Shown: positions 49,239 through 61,873, numbered from the whole stretch's first letter. The stretch is DNA of 63,801 nucleotides, filler included, from Perkinsus chesapeaki ATCC PRA-425 (GCA_013115145.1; 8 parts of 8 records of this genome joined end to end with filler, not necessarily neighbours in it); one strand, 5' to 3'. The notes: generated by a model not told the origin, from the sequence alone. A program made the numbers and translations.

Positions 49239-52200
49239 NNNNNNNNNNNNNNNNNNNNNNNNNNNNNNNNNNNNNNNNNNNNTTAATTAATTAANNNNNN
49301 NNNNNNNNNNNNNNNNNNNNNNNNNNNNNNNNNNNNNNTGGGTAGTAAGCGATCGTGATGAAGGGGATGATGAATGCGACAGTGCATCAACTTGATACTA
49401 TCAAGTGCCACCATTACACGGCTGCAATGATGATCAGATAGGTGAAAGAGTCATTTATACAAAAGTGGAAAAATATACCATGAAACAAGGAAATAATAAT
49501 GCAACAGTCAGTTACACTATTCAGCTGAAGCAACGTGAATAAACACACAGTGATTATCAACAAGGGCAAACCTTACCCCGGTATTCCGGTAAGTAAGACC
49601 AGTACGACTCCGCTTCACTTGTCGAGATGGGCCATGTCTCATCGATGCTGCTTGACTAGCTGCAGGGGCAGCACCAGAGCGACTGAAAGGAATGATGTGA
49701 AGAGAACACACGTTCCAACGGCAATATTAAGTACACGAATTCAGAAACTTTAAAATAAAACTTCATCCGCTCTAACAAGTGCAGGAGAACTCGATGACGT
49801 GAAGTCGCAATGGGAAGACGTCCAGGAGTAAGAAGAAGCTCACCTAGTTTGAGATGGCTCCAGAGTGGCTAAAGTAGCCGAACGCTTCAATCGTATTTTC
49901 ACGGACTCTACTCTATAGTGGAGTATCTAACAAACTGAACCTCCAGCACATCCGAGCGGACAGGAAGGCTCCCACTGAGGGTTACCTCCCAACCATCCAC
50001 AGTCACCCCTGCTTCGGCCAGATGGTCTAACCAGTCCGCATGGACTTTCAGGGGCAACAGGTGTGAGCTTTCGGAAGGGAGTGTTGACTCTGAACTCGAT
50101 GAGACCTGGAAAGATAGAACCTATATTAGCAGTAGCAGTAGTGCAATCCGAAATTTCGTGCTTGAAGAAAAGAGAATATGGCCAATGGCTTAGCCATACT
50201 TCGTAATGCAGCCATTGTGGCTGCATCCCCATAGTGGTAGCGACCTCCACAACACTCAAGAGTAAATATGGGTGACTATATGGGTACGGGGCTGCTCATA
50301 ATAGACGGAATGGGCCTTCCCATTTGGAGGTAAAAAATTGCGCCCAGTTTTGCTGAAATTCCTCGAAGTGTCACGCGCCTAATCAATGAATAAAACTGTT
50401 GATACGTTGATATAAAAGCAAGAACCTTCGGAACATCCACTCTCACCTTGACAAGCTCATATTCTCTAAATCGGTCATTGGGGAATAGAACTATACGAGC
50501 AGATGGCTCTGGGTTTCCAGCAGAGGTACCCTCAAAGAGATCATCACACGTCAACATACCACAGCTCCAACACAACCGACGATATCTGAGGAAACCCGCG
50601 TTCGAATCCCAGGAGAGGTATTTCCACATGTTCATGCGTGCAAATCTCATACCGCTCTCGCCACAAATCGCCTAACATTTTATCATGGTACTTTCGTAAT
50701 TTGCAATATAATTGAGTTCTCCTGAAGAATTTTCCTTCATTGAAAATTCTGCTTGGAACTCGGAACCTTTTAATTAATATTATAGAGGTTAATGTATACG
50801 ATGTAATACTAATCACTGAAGGTTTGATAGATTGGAGACTTTTGTTTACATTGTAATAAAGATTAACTTAACGACACAGTGGAGCTGATCTAACTTACAG
50901 CACGCTTATTAACATTATTCATTTGCCTGATATAACACTCATTACAGAATGCTACTTTACATCATAATCAAACATCAGGTTAAAATCTCAAAGCAGTTCC
51001 AGTGCAGAATGCCTGCCATCCAGCCGAGTGGGAATGTGTTCCACTGGGATCGAAAAACGCTCCGAATGTGGAGGAGATAAAAGGGGAAAATTGTCACAAA
51101 AATGTGTCCCCAGCCAAATAAAGAAACATCAAGTGCAATTTTTCTGGGCCTAACAGCTTGTGTTTCTCTCTGACTCCTCGGACATGATTCAAACAAGGCC
51201 GCCTAAAATCCGTACACCTCCCAAACCCGACCATCGTCATTCGTTTGCTTCGGCTAATTCACATAGCAATATGCTTACTTCTCATAACTTCCATCTTTCT
51301 CTTTCTTCAACGGTTCTAAACACACCAGTTCACCTTCAAAGCGAGGACATGCTGGGAGGCAAGTGGAATCTGGCACCACCTGAAAGATGAAACCGGCATT
51401 TGGAGAAGATACACCATCATTTCGCGCTTAAAATAGGCCTAAGATTCGATTCCGTATAATGTGGTACCGCCGAACTCAACGTCGACATCATCAATACTTG
51501 CTATTACCGCTGCTGTGTTTCAATACTAGTACCATAAAGAATTCTGTGGCACACTATAACATACAAATAAGCAAGAAATGGCAAGAAAAACCGAATTTCG
51601 CCTCGAGAATAACGATCGCTGTTCCTTTTTTTCACTATAAGCTTTCCTCCTAGAAATCTTTTTAGTACGTAGTGCACGCTTCAAGCTCACCTTCGTTTCC
51701 TTCAAAATCTCCCTCATCGATTTCGGTTTGAACTCTCCCTCTACCGGAACCGTTCGGCCCTCTCCAACGCATTTCTCAATCCACGCAGTCGGCGCAATGA
51801 GCACACCTCGTCTGGTAGCCTCCTAACGTTAAGGAAGTGTAAGATTCTCCAAGACATGCAAGATTTCCTACCTCTAGGGCAGTCTCATCAAAAGCATCGT
51901 CAATAACTGCAACATCGCATCTTTCCAATGAGGACTCAACGCTTGCCGCTCCGTTGGCCATCGCCAAACTTTTGAAACTGCCAGAAGATACCTTTGAGGT
52001 TGTCTTGGAATTTTCCTACTGCGCAAGAGATCCTGTGGATGTTCCAAGAAAGCAGAAGCGAATCCCTTGAAAAACCTGAGCGAGAAAAATCCGAAATTTT
52101 CCAGAAATTTTCCCACCTTTAAATCATATTTGTTCTCATCGTGTGGAATCCCTTTCAGTTTCCAACATTCTTCGATGAATCCCGGCCTGACACATCGGAA

Positions 52201-53616
52201 ATTTTTTGGGAAAAATCGGGAAATTTTCTGCCCTACAGTTTCAAGGAGCTTTTCAGTTCGTGTGCAGCCATCCGATACTTTGCATTCTTGAGATCGGCGC
52301 TGGAGCAGATTAACATATCCAACTGAATAACTGCATCAACAAGGATCGATTAACGAGTGATAGGGCAAGAATTAGGACCATCTTTCCGACTGCCTCAGAT
52401 GAACTTTGACGTCGGCTCACCAAAAGCTACCAGTGAGCTCTGAGCCCAATGGACAGGTTACGCGTTTCGGCTAGTAAGAGAAAGAGATATGGGTCGATTC
52501 TTGGTTACGGTATTCGGGAATTGGACTTATCGCGCCTGGAACTCTCAACAATGACTCAACGTCGAATTCCTGCGCGCCTGGATATTACGGGAATACAAAT
52601 GACAAAAGGAAAAATAGCTCCTAGAGTTGGCAACCAAATAATACTCCTAACTCTATTTAGTTTTATACACTTCACAAGAAAAATCTCAAATTGATTCCAT
52701 TTTTCATCACCGAGCAACACTACAATTGTTACCAGACAAAAAAACCCCACGATTTACAAAACTTCAGACAAGGACCGCAATCATCGTAATAAATTTTCTT
52801 CAATGATTTTAAATCTATTATTATTCTAAATCCAAAACTTCTCACATTTTCAGGCAGCTCTCGTCGGTCATACGCTCCCATCCAACCAATCAACTTGGTT
52901 ATATTCTCACGTTGCGCCAACACCAGACCTGTACACGACACCTGAAGACGAGCAACAAAGTATCTGGTCACTCTCATCCGAGGCGGAGAGTCATCACTGG
53001 GCAGCGCTTACCGTCATTCCCTGCAAAATGTCATCATAAATAACATCAATATTTGGTCGTGGCTCGCCTACTGACTCCGAAGATGGATTGAGAAACTGAA
53101 AATAATAATACGTGGTAAACGGCAAGACAAAAGAACACATTAAAATTCATTATTAAGATCCTAGTGGTTTTTAAACTGACCTTTTAGGTTCACTAATGTC
53201 TGCAATAATATTGCTGCTACATGTTCGTTCAATTTTGGTAAATTCAAGTGATTCGCCCAACTTAGGTGACAAATCCTCCCCCCCCACCCCCCCGAACTGT
53301 CCCGTTCAAGATAATCCAGTCCAGTCAAATACAATTTGGCAAAGAGCCCTCATTAGACAATTTGAATAATTTTTGAACATCATAATGATCGCAGATTCTT
53401 CCACCTTAGCATTTTCTGAACAGACGCATTTCCGTGACATTACAGAAATGCCCGAACTGTCCCGTTCAAGATACCCCAACTGCTTGTCTCTCACCTTCTC
53501 CCAATAAGGCTTTCCGNNNNNNNNNNNNNNNNNNNNNNNNNNNNNNNNNNNNNNNNNNNNTTAATTAATTAANNNNNNNNNNNNNNNNNNNNNNNNNNNN
53601 NNNNNNNNNNNNNNNN

Positions 53617-53734
53617 CAATGAACTTGAGGGCCTCTTGGCGTTGTTCCAAAGGAAGTGACTCGTCGACGACTCTTCTCGAATAGTTCTTAAATCCACCAG
53701 CAACACATACGTCGTTCTTACAATCTCTGGCACA
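53617..53734 (-). pseudogene. Fragment of a second S1/P1 nuclease copy (or misplaced contig end)
   Basis: Encodes CARDCKNDVCVAGGFKNYSRRVVDESLPLEQRQEALKFI. Bases 53617-53664 are identical to 54997-55044. There is a TGA just upstream in frame and no N-terminal WG-x-x-GH is visible. Confidence 0.7.
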
Positions 53735-54367
53735 TCTCCGTCAATCTAGTGGCTGAGACTCACAGTGCTAAAACTGGTACAATAAATCGGACCATACAGT
53801 AAAAGACCTACACGATTATCAAATACAAACAATGAATTCCTTACAGCTGGCATACCGCTGTACTTGGGGACCTTGGCCTGAGAACTGAATGAGCGCGCGC
53901 TTCTTTTACGCGGAAACACTTGTAGTGTCACACCACCAAAGTAATGCGAGTAGTCGACGTATGGTACTCACTACACAACTGCAGATCATTAGAAAGAAAA
54001 TTGAACCGCGTTGGCGGGATAGCTTTACATATAGAATACACAGTCAGAGAGAGAGTCACTGGCTTACAGTATAAGATACCATAGATAGATACAATCATTG
54101 CAAAAAAAGCAACATACATAAAGCCGCGCACAAGGAAGCATTTAACCTGCAAAACGCTTCACCTCAGAGCCGGCAAAAATGATAAAACATGAAGTGTATG
54201 CACAATGTACACAGATTAGTCGCTACAATTTCAATAGGATACACGAACATATTCTTCGAATGGCGCATCTGGCAAGTAATAAAGGAAGTAAACGAGCGCC
54301 AGTCAACATCATGGAGGGCAAGAGAGGGATACGGTAGAACGACAGAGGCAGGCAGGCTGTTTTTCAC

Positions 54368-55044
54368 TTAGCAAGAGCAAGGAACATTGCTGCCATGGCA
54401 AACAGGCTCGGTCTGCCAGTACTTGCAATAGGAGCCAGGATAGGTTACCTCACACTCCTTATCAGCCTCACTACAGTCACTTGGGGAAGGACTGGTAGTG
54501 GCTTCTTTATCGGCGAACAAATAGTTCAATAGCCAAGTGAGGCGAATACCACCTTTTGCTAACTGTTCCTTGGCCACCTCGATTCGGTCGTTATAATACT
54601 CCATGGGGAGATAGTCATGATCCATAACCAAAGATCCATTAATATGCTTATAGCTATAATCACAGGCAGCTTTGGCAGTCTCATCGAGCCAGTTATCGAT
54701 ACACGCATCAAGTCCATACTTCTCGCAGTCCTCGATCCACTCGTCAACATCACTGGCGTATCTTCCACCTTTATCAAGCTCGTCGCTCACAGCTTCCTCA
54801 GTAATAGCCCAGTAAGGCTCACCGTCAACATGCTCACCACGACCTTGAAGTTCATATAGTAACTTTGAGTCCCAAGTGGAATGAAGGTTAGTATGTTTAT
54901 TATGGGCGAAGCCGAGGTCAACTTTGATCTTGTTACCGCCAAGGTCCGCAGGAGCTCCGATATGAAGAGGTTGATGAGCATCTCCCACGAAGTGTACAAT
55001 GAACTTGAGGGCCTCTTGGCGTTGTTCCAAAGGAAGTGACTCGT
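54368..55044 (-). CDS. S1/P1 nuclease (3'-nucleotidase/nuclease family), 5' part lost in gap
   Basis: EALKFIVHFVGDAHQPLH, GGN, NLHSTWDS and EQLAKGGIRLTWLLN are the S1/P1 zinc-binding and structural motifs. Confidence 0.95.
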
Positions 55045-55192
55045 NNNNNNNNNNNNNNNNNNNNNNNNNNNNNNNNNNNNNNNNNNNNTTAATTAATTAA
55101 NNNNNNNNNNNNNNNNNNNNNNNNNNNNNNNNNNNNNNNNNNNNAGTTAAAAGTCAAAAATTCCGTGTACGAGTTTCATGTGTACGTAATTT

Positions 55193-56519
55193 ATGTGTAC
55201 CAATCGTTATACACCCCAACGCACTTCTATAGGTCGTCTTCTTGTTCTTGCATGTGATGTTCGTGCACGCCTACTCCTACCTATTACAGTCTGTCATATT
55301 GCTGCCGCTCTCAACACCGAGGCTGATGTTCTGTCCCGTCTGGCAAGTACTTGGAATCTTTGCTTGGATGACCTCTACGATAGCCAGAGGTCAGGGCTTT
55401 GTTTCGCGCTGCGTTTCTATTCTCATTCCTTCTTTGCCTGCGCTAGCTGCTTCACAGCGTGACTTCGGTGAAACTTTGGCAATCATTTTAAACTGTGAAG
55501 CGAACAAGCATGTTGGGTACTATGAGTGTCCATTAGGCCGATTTAGCTTAGAAGAGCGAGATGGTCAAGATGTCCTGGTAAGAGTGATTATGACAACTGG
55601 TACCCCGCATACAGAAGGTCGTTCCGTACAGGTGCATCCATGGAATGACCGAGATGCCACTGACTCGTTGATACGTAAGTGCCATGATGAGATTGGTCAC
55701 TTATCTACTGTGATAGCATTTTATTAATCGATAAAATAAGTATCATGTTATATCTTGCTATCTTGTATATCCTTAAATCTGTCTGTAACACAAAGCTGTT
55801 ACGCTAGTTAGTTTGTTATAATACGTAAATAATAAGTGAGAGCCACTACTACTATTTTCCATTTGTTATTATGAGTTTACCATCATCAAGTCCCGAGTTG
55901 AACAATGGGAGGTCTACCGCTGACATCTACCCCTATGACGTTATGGCACCTTCGGAGACTATGGTGGTGGAAAGGTATACGAGCTGATACTAAGCGTGTA
56001 TGCATGTCTTGTGGCCATTGTATTTCAGCTATTATAAAGGGGTCTACACATGTCTGGAAGGGTAACCATTTGGACCATACTGTGAAAGCTCCATGGCAGA
56101 CAGTTTCGGCTGACCTAGCAGGTCCATTCGTAGCCGATTCGTTTGGATGCACTTATTGTCTTTTGCTCTGTGACCACTTCTCCGGGAGAAGTGGTCACGG
56201 ACGGACGAAGTACACAGAACCGGGAGAAGTTCTCCCGGTTCTGTGTACTTCGTCCGTTACGTAGTGCAACGAGCAAAGAAGTTGTTCGAGTAATGACAGA
56301 GGTTTGTAGCATTTTTGGTGGCATGTGTGTCCTTCGTTCAGACCAGGGAACATGTTTTGCCTCTAAGTTGACTCGGTCAGCTATGACAGCTCTAGGGGTA
56401 ACTGTTCGTCTCTTACCCCCTAGAAGTCCTTGGTCTAATGGTTTGGTAGAACGACGAGTACAAGAACTAAAAGTCTGTTTGCGAGGGTATGGCTTGACTA
56501 AGTCACGTTTGTGGAGCTC
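55193..56519 (+). mobile_element. Ty3/gypsy-type LTR retrotransposon pol fragment (RNase H end, integrase H2C2 and DDE core), inactivated
   Basis: HIAAALNTEADVLSR (RNase H end); CHDEIGHLST|PMTLWHLRRLWWWKGIRADTKRVCMSCGHC (H2C2); PWQTVSADLAGP, CDHFSRF, LRSDQGTCF and SPWSNGLVERRVQELK (rve core). The RH-before-INT order is gypsy-like. Confidence 0.92.
55709..55925. mobile_element. 217-bp solo-LTR-like insertion (TG...CA) with 5-bp TSD tctac
   Basis: tctac at 55704-55708 and 55926-55930; the insert begins TGTGA and ends TGACA. Removing it and one TSD restores the integrase reading GHLSTPMTLW. Confidence 0.85.
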
Positions 56520-57742
56520 NNNNNNNNNNNNNNNNNNNNNNNNNNNNNNNNNNNNNNNNNNNNTTAATTAATTAANNNNNNNNNNNNNNNNNNNNNNNNN
56601 NNNNNNNNNNNNNNNNNNNAGCTATGAATTGACTCCAACACAATAGATGTCGCTCAGTTAAGGTACATTACATGCATATACCTGAAGTATATATACTATT
56701 CATAGGCCTCTGGTGCAATCTGGGCAAAACCTGCAAAGACAAACGTGAGGCAGAACATTGCCTCAGTGCCAGGCCCCGAGGGCCTCCGAGTCCCAACTCA
56801 CCACTCGCCTTCCGGTGCTGACTCTAAGCTCAAACAACTTAGGTGAAACCAGCCGTCACACTGAGAGAAAAGAATCGATCTTTTTTAATGTTTCATGTGA
56901 CGTGAGCAGTGCTCACTGAGCACTGCTTCGCCCCATGTCTCACCCCGTCGCATCCAAGGAGGATTCTGCCCGGAAGACTCCATGGCTCATGACATATAGG
57001 GCAGGTCCCCGTCCAGTCCTCGCGTCTCGCGATATTATCTACAACTTGTAGATGACAAGCCACGCAAGCTGGTCTATGATTATTTCAGCTCGTACACTCA
57101 ATACTCATACATCGAACAGTATTGGGACATGTAATAACACCATAGTAACATAGTGTTACTAACATAACAACATAGTGTTTGGCTTTGCCCAACACTTTAA
57201 ATCGATGTTCGAATTTAATGTTTTTATTTGGTTTCCTCACGGTGAGGGTTGAACTCACGACCTTTCGTGAAGTAGCACCACCAACAAAGTGAAAGTGTAC
57301 GAGTTTTCTGTGTACGAGACATGATACACCTCCTCATTACCTGCTGGTAATGAGTCTGAAGTCTGCCCTATTCGCTGGCAGCGTTGTTTGGCTTTGCCCC
57401 TGATATCATCGCGTCTTCTGGAACAGGCAGGCAGTTTTCGGCCCTGATGAACTTCTCGTACAATCAAACAGAATCTCAGCCTACCTTAGGATTAGCGGAT
57501 TGACTGGGCCCGCCAGAACGTTTTCTGAGATGCATCCTGTGCGTTCCGCGATGAGCCTGGAGAACCAAATCTGAAGAATAAGAACTAACTACGATTCTAC
57601 CAGCTTGGAAACTTCAGCCTCTTGGCGAGCTATGTCCAGATGAGTCCTCATCGAAGCGAGGACCAGGGTGGCAAGGCTGATGGTGATTGTTCAGGAGAAG
57701 AGGAGCCGATTTCGTCACCGCGTTGGGGCTGAAAGGCTTCGT

Positions 57743-58330
57743 TTAGGTCGGAGTGATTTGCTGAATCAGCGGCGCTGATAACTCCACCTCCGGCGAGCCT
57801 CCAAAGTACGCCTGCATATGAGATAGCGATGCTGACCAGTCCACATGTTCGATCGGGGATAAATCCAAGGCTTCGCTCTGACCGAACACACCCACTGCCG
57901 GCGAACGGCAAATTCTCCGCCTTGAATCTTCGTCCGCTGATCCCCAAATGTCACCTGAAAAAATCCATAGTCCCGTGACATAGTCCAGACTCTGGGGCCC
58001 AGAGTCTGGGCCCCAGAGTAAGCCCAATACACTGCGTTGAACATAGCGTACCCTCTTCATCCAGCTCTCCGCCAGATATTCCATCTTCCTCATCACTACT
58101 TGAAGAACTCTGCTCAGTGGTCTCAGTATCTGTTCATCTCGATGAATAAGACAGTAACCCCAACGCAACGTACCCTCTTCACTTGACGACTTATCACTCG
58201 ATCCATCTCCCCTAACACGGTGGGCACCACCGCTAGACGACATTTGCTCGGGGTCGGACTGCTCGTCATTGCCTACAATGTAGGCCCTACATTGAGATCT
58301 CAATGCGTCGAGCTCAATGCTGCGAACCAC
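57743..58330 (-). mobile_element. Possible IS630/Tc1/mariner transposase remnant
   Basis: LDLSPIEHVDW resembles the SPDL-S/N-PIE-H/N-x-W signature. The rest of the ORF is not convincingly alignable by eye. Confidence 0.3.
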
Positions 58331-58929
58331 AGACCGTGGTCTACGGTGTATGAACTAGAGGAATATTTCAAAACTGTAGAGCTAAATAAATCACGTACAG
58401 TACAAAAAATGAATTCCAGAAGTTCAAGTTTTCGCATTCTTTCCCACCTGCGTTTGGGGAGGTTCGGACGTTTTCGGACCGTACGCTTTCCGCCTGTAGC
58501 TCCTTTTCCACCTCATCTTCTGCCTCCCTAATCCAGCTATCCTCAATCGCTCGGAGAGGATCTACATGCAGAGTATGCCATCATGGCATTAGTGTACATC
58601 CACTAGTATATCATTCTACTGAAATTCAGTACACGAGCGCAAGCTCATATGAAGCTCGTACTATTAACGAAAAGCATGCTCGTCACCTGCCCTTACCAGC
58701 CTCGTCACCGCTGGACTCTATGTCTTCTTCATCGATTCCCTCAACCAAAGAATGTGACATATCCAATACGAGCCGTGGTAGCTGGCGGGCACGCGAAGGG
58801 AGTAACGGTTCCTGTCGAGTAGGCTGCGACATCTGTTGTAAAAGCTGGGCGTGACGGTTGGTATCTGCAAGGCCGCGCCGCCGTCGTATCTGACGTGGTT
58901 TCCGAGTCAGCCGAGTCAAGTCCACTAGC

Positions 58930-59562
58930 TAAGAATGACAAAAAAGACTCAAGATGTCGGAATTACCTCACACATCCTTGAGCCGATCTACCCGGTACTA
59001 TCAGGCCAGAAAAGAGCTCCTCATATGGCGCCTTGTTATCTTCCAGTATCATAAGGCCGGTGCAGTGTCGACAAAAAGTGTACTTGACTCCATCCGGACA
59101 GCTACACCGGTACCCCCGGTACAATCCGTCGTCTGTAACCTTCACAACTCGAACCATCTGGTTAGATTTATCGAAGTCACTGGCGTCACGCCAAGTTTGC
59201 CAGTCCCGGGAGTCGTAATAACACTTGAACTGGGCGAGCACATCACCGAGTTGAGTACCGTACAACCTCGCGCAAGCTTCAGATGGAATGAAATATCTCG
59301 CCACTGTTCCAGGCTCCGATGTCGTAGGTTCCGAATCCAAGAATATCAGCCCCTTACGCACAACCTTTGACCGGGTCCATCTGAACAGAGATGATACCAT
59401 TAACACTGTTAACTTAAGAGTCAGCTAAATTTCACTGCGAGCTAACTCCCCGATAAGTATAATCCAGATTCAATTATTACCGAAATCCTTGCATAACCTG
59501 ATCGCGAGATGGCTTGAACTCCTCTGGTTCCTCAATCGAGCCAAGTGTGGAGTAATCGGATA
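58930..59562 (-). mobile_element. Mutator-like (MULE) transposase C-terminal remnant with SWIM zinc finger
   Basis: YRCSCPDGVKYTFCRHC fits the SWIM pattern C-x-C-x(n)-C-x-H; the upstream frame is broken and runs into a gap. Confidence 0.6.
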
Positions 59563-61873
59563 NNNNNNNNNNNNNNNNNNNNNNNNNNNNNNNNNNNNNN
59601 NNNNNNTTAATTAATTAANNNNNNNNNNNNNNNNNNNNNNNNNNNNNNNNNNNNNNNNNNNNGGCACACCATCGTCTGCCAGGTACACCGCCGGCGCGTC
59701 CCTACCTCCCAGTCCCCGCAGTCAGAGGTTTCAATTGGTATTATGGAAGTTCGAAAGCAGTTGGATTGAATCTTTGCCTGATTACATTGCTCTTCAACAT
59801 CTCAAGAGGAGAAGCCACAAGAGTTACGAGTGGTCTTATCGTGGCTCACTTTTATTAGCGAAACGGGCGGTGACCGTGACAAGACAGGAGTGTTGCCTAC
59901 TGCGAATCCAGAAAGTTCTGTTTGATAGGCAATGCTCATCAAACTGGATCCATTAGAGAATCATTCTCTAATCTTCTCTGAGAATGAGAGGATTATCGTT
60001 ACCAATTTCGACATCAATGCTTGTCAAGCATTGCTTGAGCTCTATTTCTTTCGACTGGCTCTTGATACTAGGGAACCAATGCCGGTGTCTCTGTGAATAG
60101 CGACAGGCCATGTTAGGCTGTCTAACTTAGACAGAACATCCACGTCACGCCGTCACGGCCCGCGACGTGTCGGATTATAAGGGCCCGATGACTCTGGGCT
60201 TTACTTCGAGAGGAGACTATCGAAGCTCTTCGAGCATAGAGAGGCATAATGTCATTATGATAATGATCGTAGATTACATAGCAGAATAATATTTCGTGCA
60301 ACTTGTGGCTTCTGGTCCAAGGAAGACTTCGTTGGTTGAAAAGCGAAGTGGTCGTCACACAAAGTCTGTCCCGTTAAGAGAGGGGGGGGGACGAGAGAGG
60401 CATGTGTGAGGCAGTATAGAAGATATCATGGTTAAGCATAGATCAATCTTTATTGAGGTGCACGCTCAGCCGATCGAAGCAGAACTGCCTTGATACTCGT
60501 CCATTAAAGGGGTCAGTTACTCTACGGTGGAGAGCAGTGAGGTTAGCGTAGATCCAGATGCTAGATCGTTAAATAATGTTGATGCAGTTGAGGAATGTAT
60601 CAGTTGTGTTAGATAGATTAAGGGAGTCTCAAGGATATAAGGTCGGATGAGCCTTAACAATCTCTGAAACTCGATGCACTGAACTTGGTCATCTCTTATG
60701 CACTGTATAAACAACGATTATTATTAAACGGTGAGAATTTCACTACTGTATGTGGCCGATTCATCTTAAGAGCGCGCACACGAGGCTAATGTTACAGGAA
60801 GGGACTCATTAAAGAACTACCGACGACGAGCAGTGTCTGATGGTTGAATGAGACTAGGAACGAGACTGTCACGCGACGTAGCACACTCTTGGACGCCACT
60901 ACACCTGGGCCCCCACAGTATAAGGCGAGTTTGACAAAATAAGTGTGTCGTGCCTGGAGTACGGGAACCGTGTTGCAGAGGGTTCATGCCCTACTGTGGA
61001 CGTCACTTTGGCTTGAAGCCTTTTGTTACTTACAACTAAATATATTATTTGACAAGGAGACGGTTATAGTAATAAAAATGATAGCTGTTGCTAGTACGTT
61101 GTCAAGTATAACGAAGAGTAGAAAGGATATCGGTCTATTGGTCAGAAATCGAGATCGCACACCGACTCTGCAGTTGAGTCGGCATACGTGCTACAGTCGG
61201 AAATCTCTCGTTCAATGCCGAAGAACTCTTCGGCGCGCTTGAAGGAATTGCCGCGGAATCTGACAAAAATATCTGACTTATGTTTGAAAGGAGAATCTTA
61301 CCTTATCATCAAGGCGAACAGCGCAATAACGATTACGAGGAACACTGTTGACACTGCTTTTTCGAGCTCCTCGAAAATCGCAAAATCCGCGACGGAGGAC
61401 GGCAGGAAATCAAACATTAATTGAGTCAACTGAGATAGCAAAATCGTCTCATTTCAAAATGAAGTCTGATTTGCAATACTAACTGTTGATCCGCGCACCC
61501 GCACAACAACAGAATCGGGAGCTTCAATAACGGAATAACGACAATTCGCTCGGACCTACTGTATGTGAAATACTGACTGCTCCGAAACAACCAGTTTAAC
61601 ACTACAATAACGGAACAACGAGGAAGATTGGCTCCGTACTAGTGAGCTAAAAGCGCATGAACATCGAGCGCACCAACCATAATACACCCATCTGGCTTTC
61701 GCAGGGCTCACGGAGACCCGATCAACTGTAACTGTTGAAAGATACGCTCCTCTCCGACCGCATCTGCTGCTGCTTAAAGAAATTCGACAAGTTACTGAGA
61801 GCAAATCATTGATATTGTACTTAGATTAAAAAAGTATATGTACTGTAATGTATGTTGATGTAGGAAGCTGTAC

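Noticed and set aside
57229-57250. Possible retrotransposon primer-binding site (starts TGG)
   Set aside because: Not preceded by an LTR ending in CA, and it lies downstream of the integrase rather than upstream of gag.
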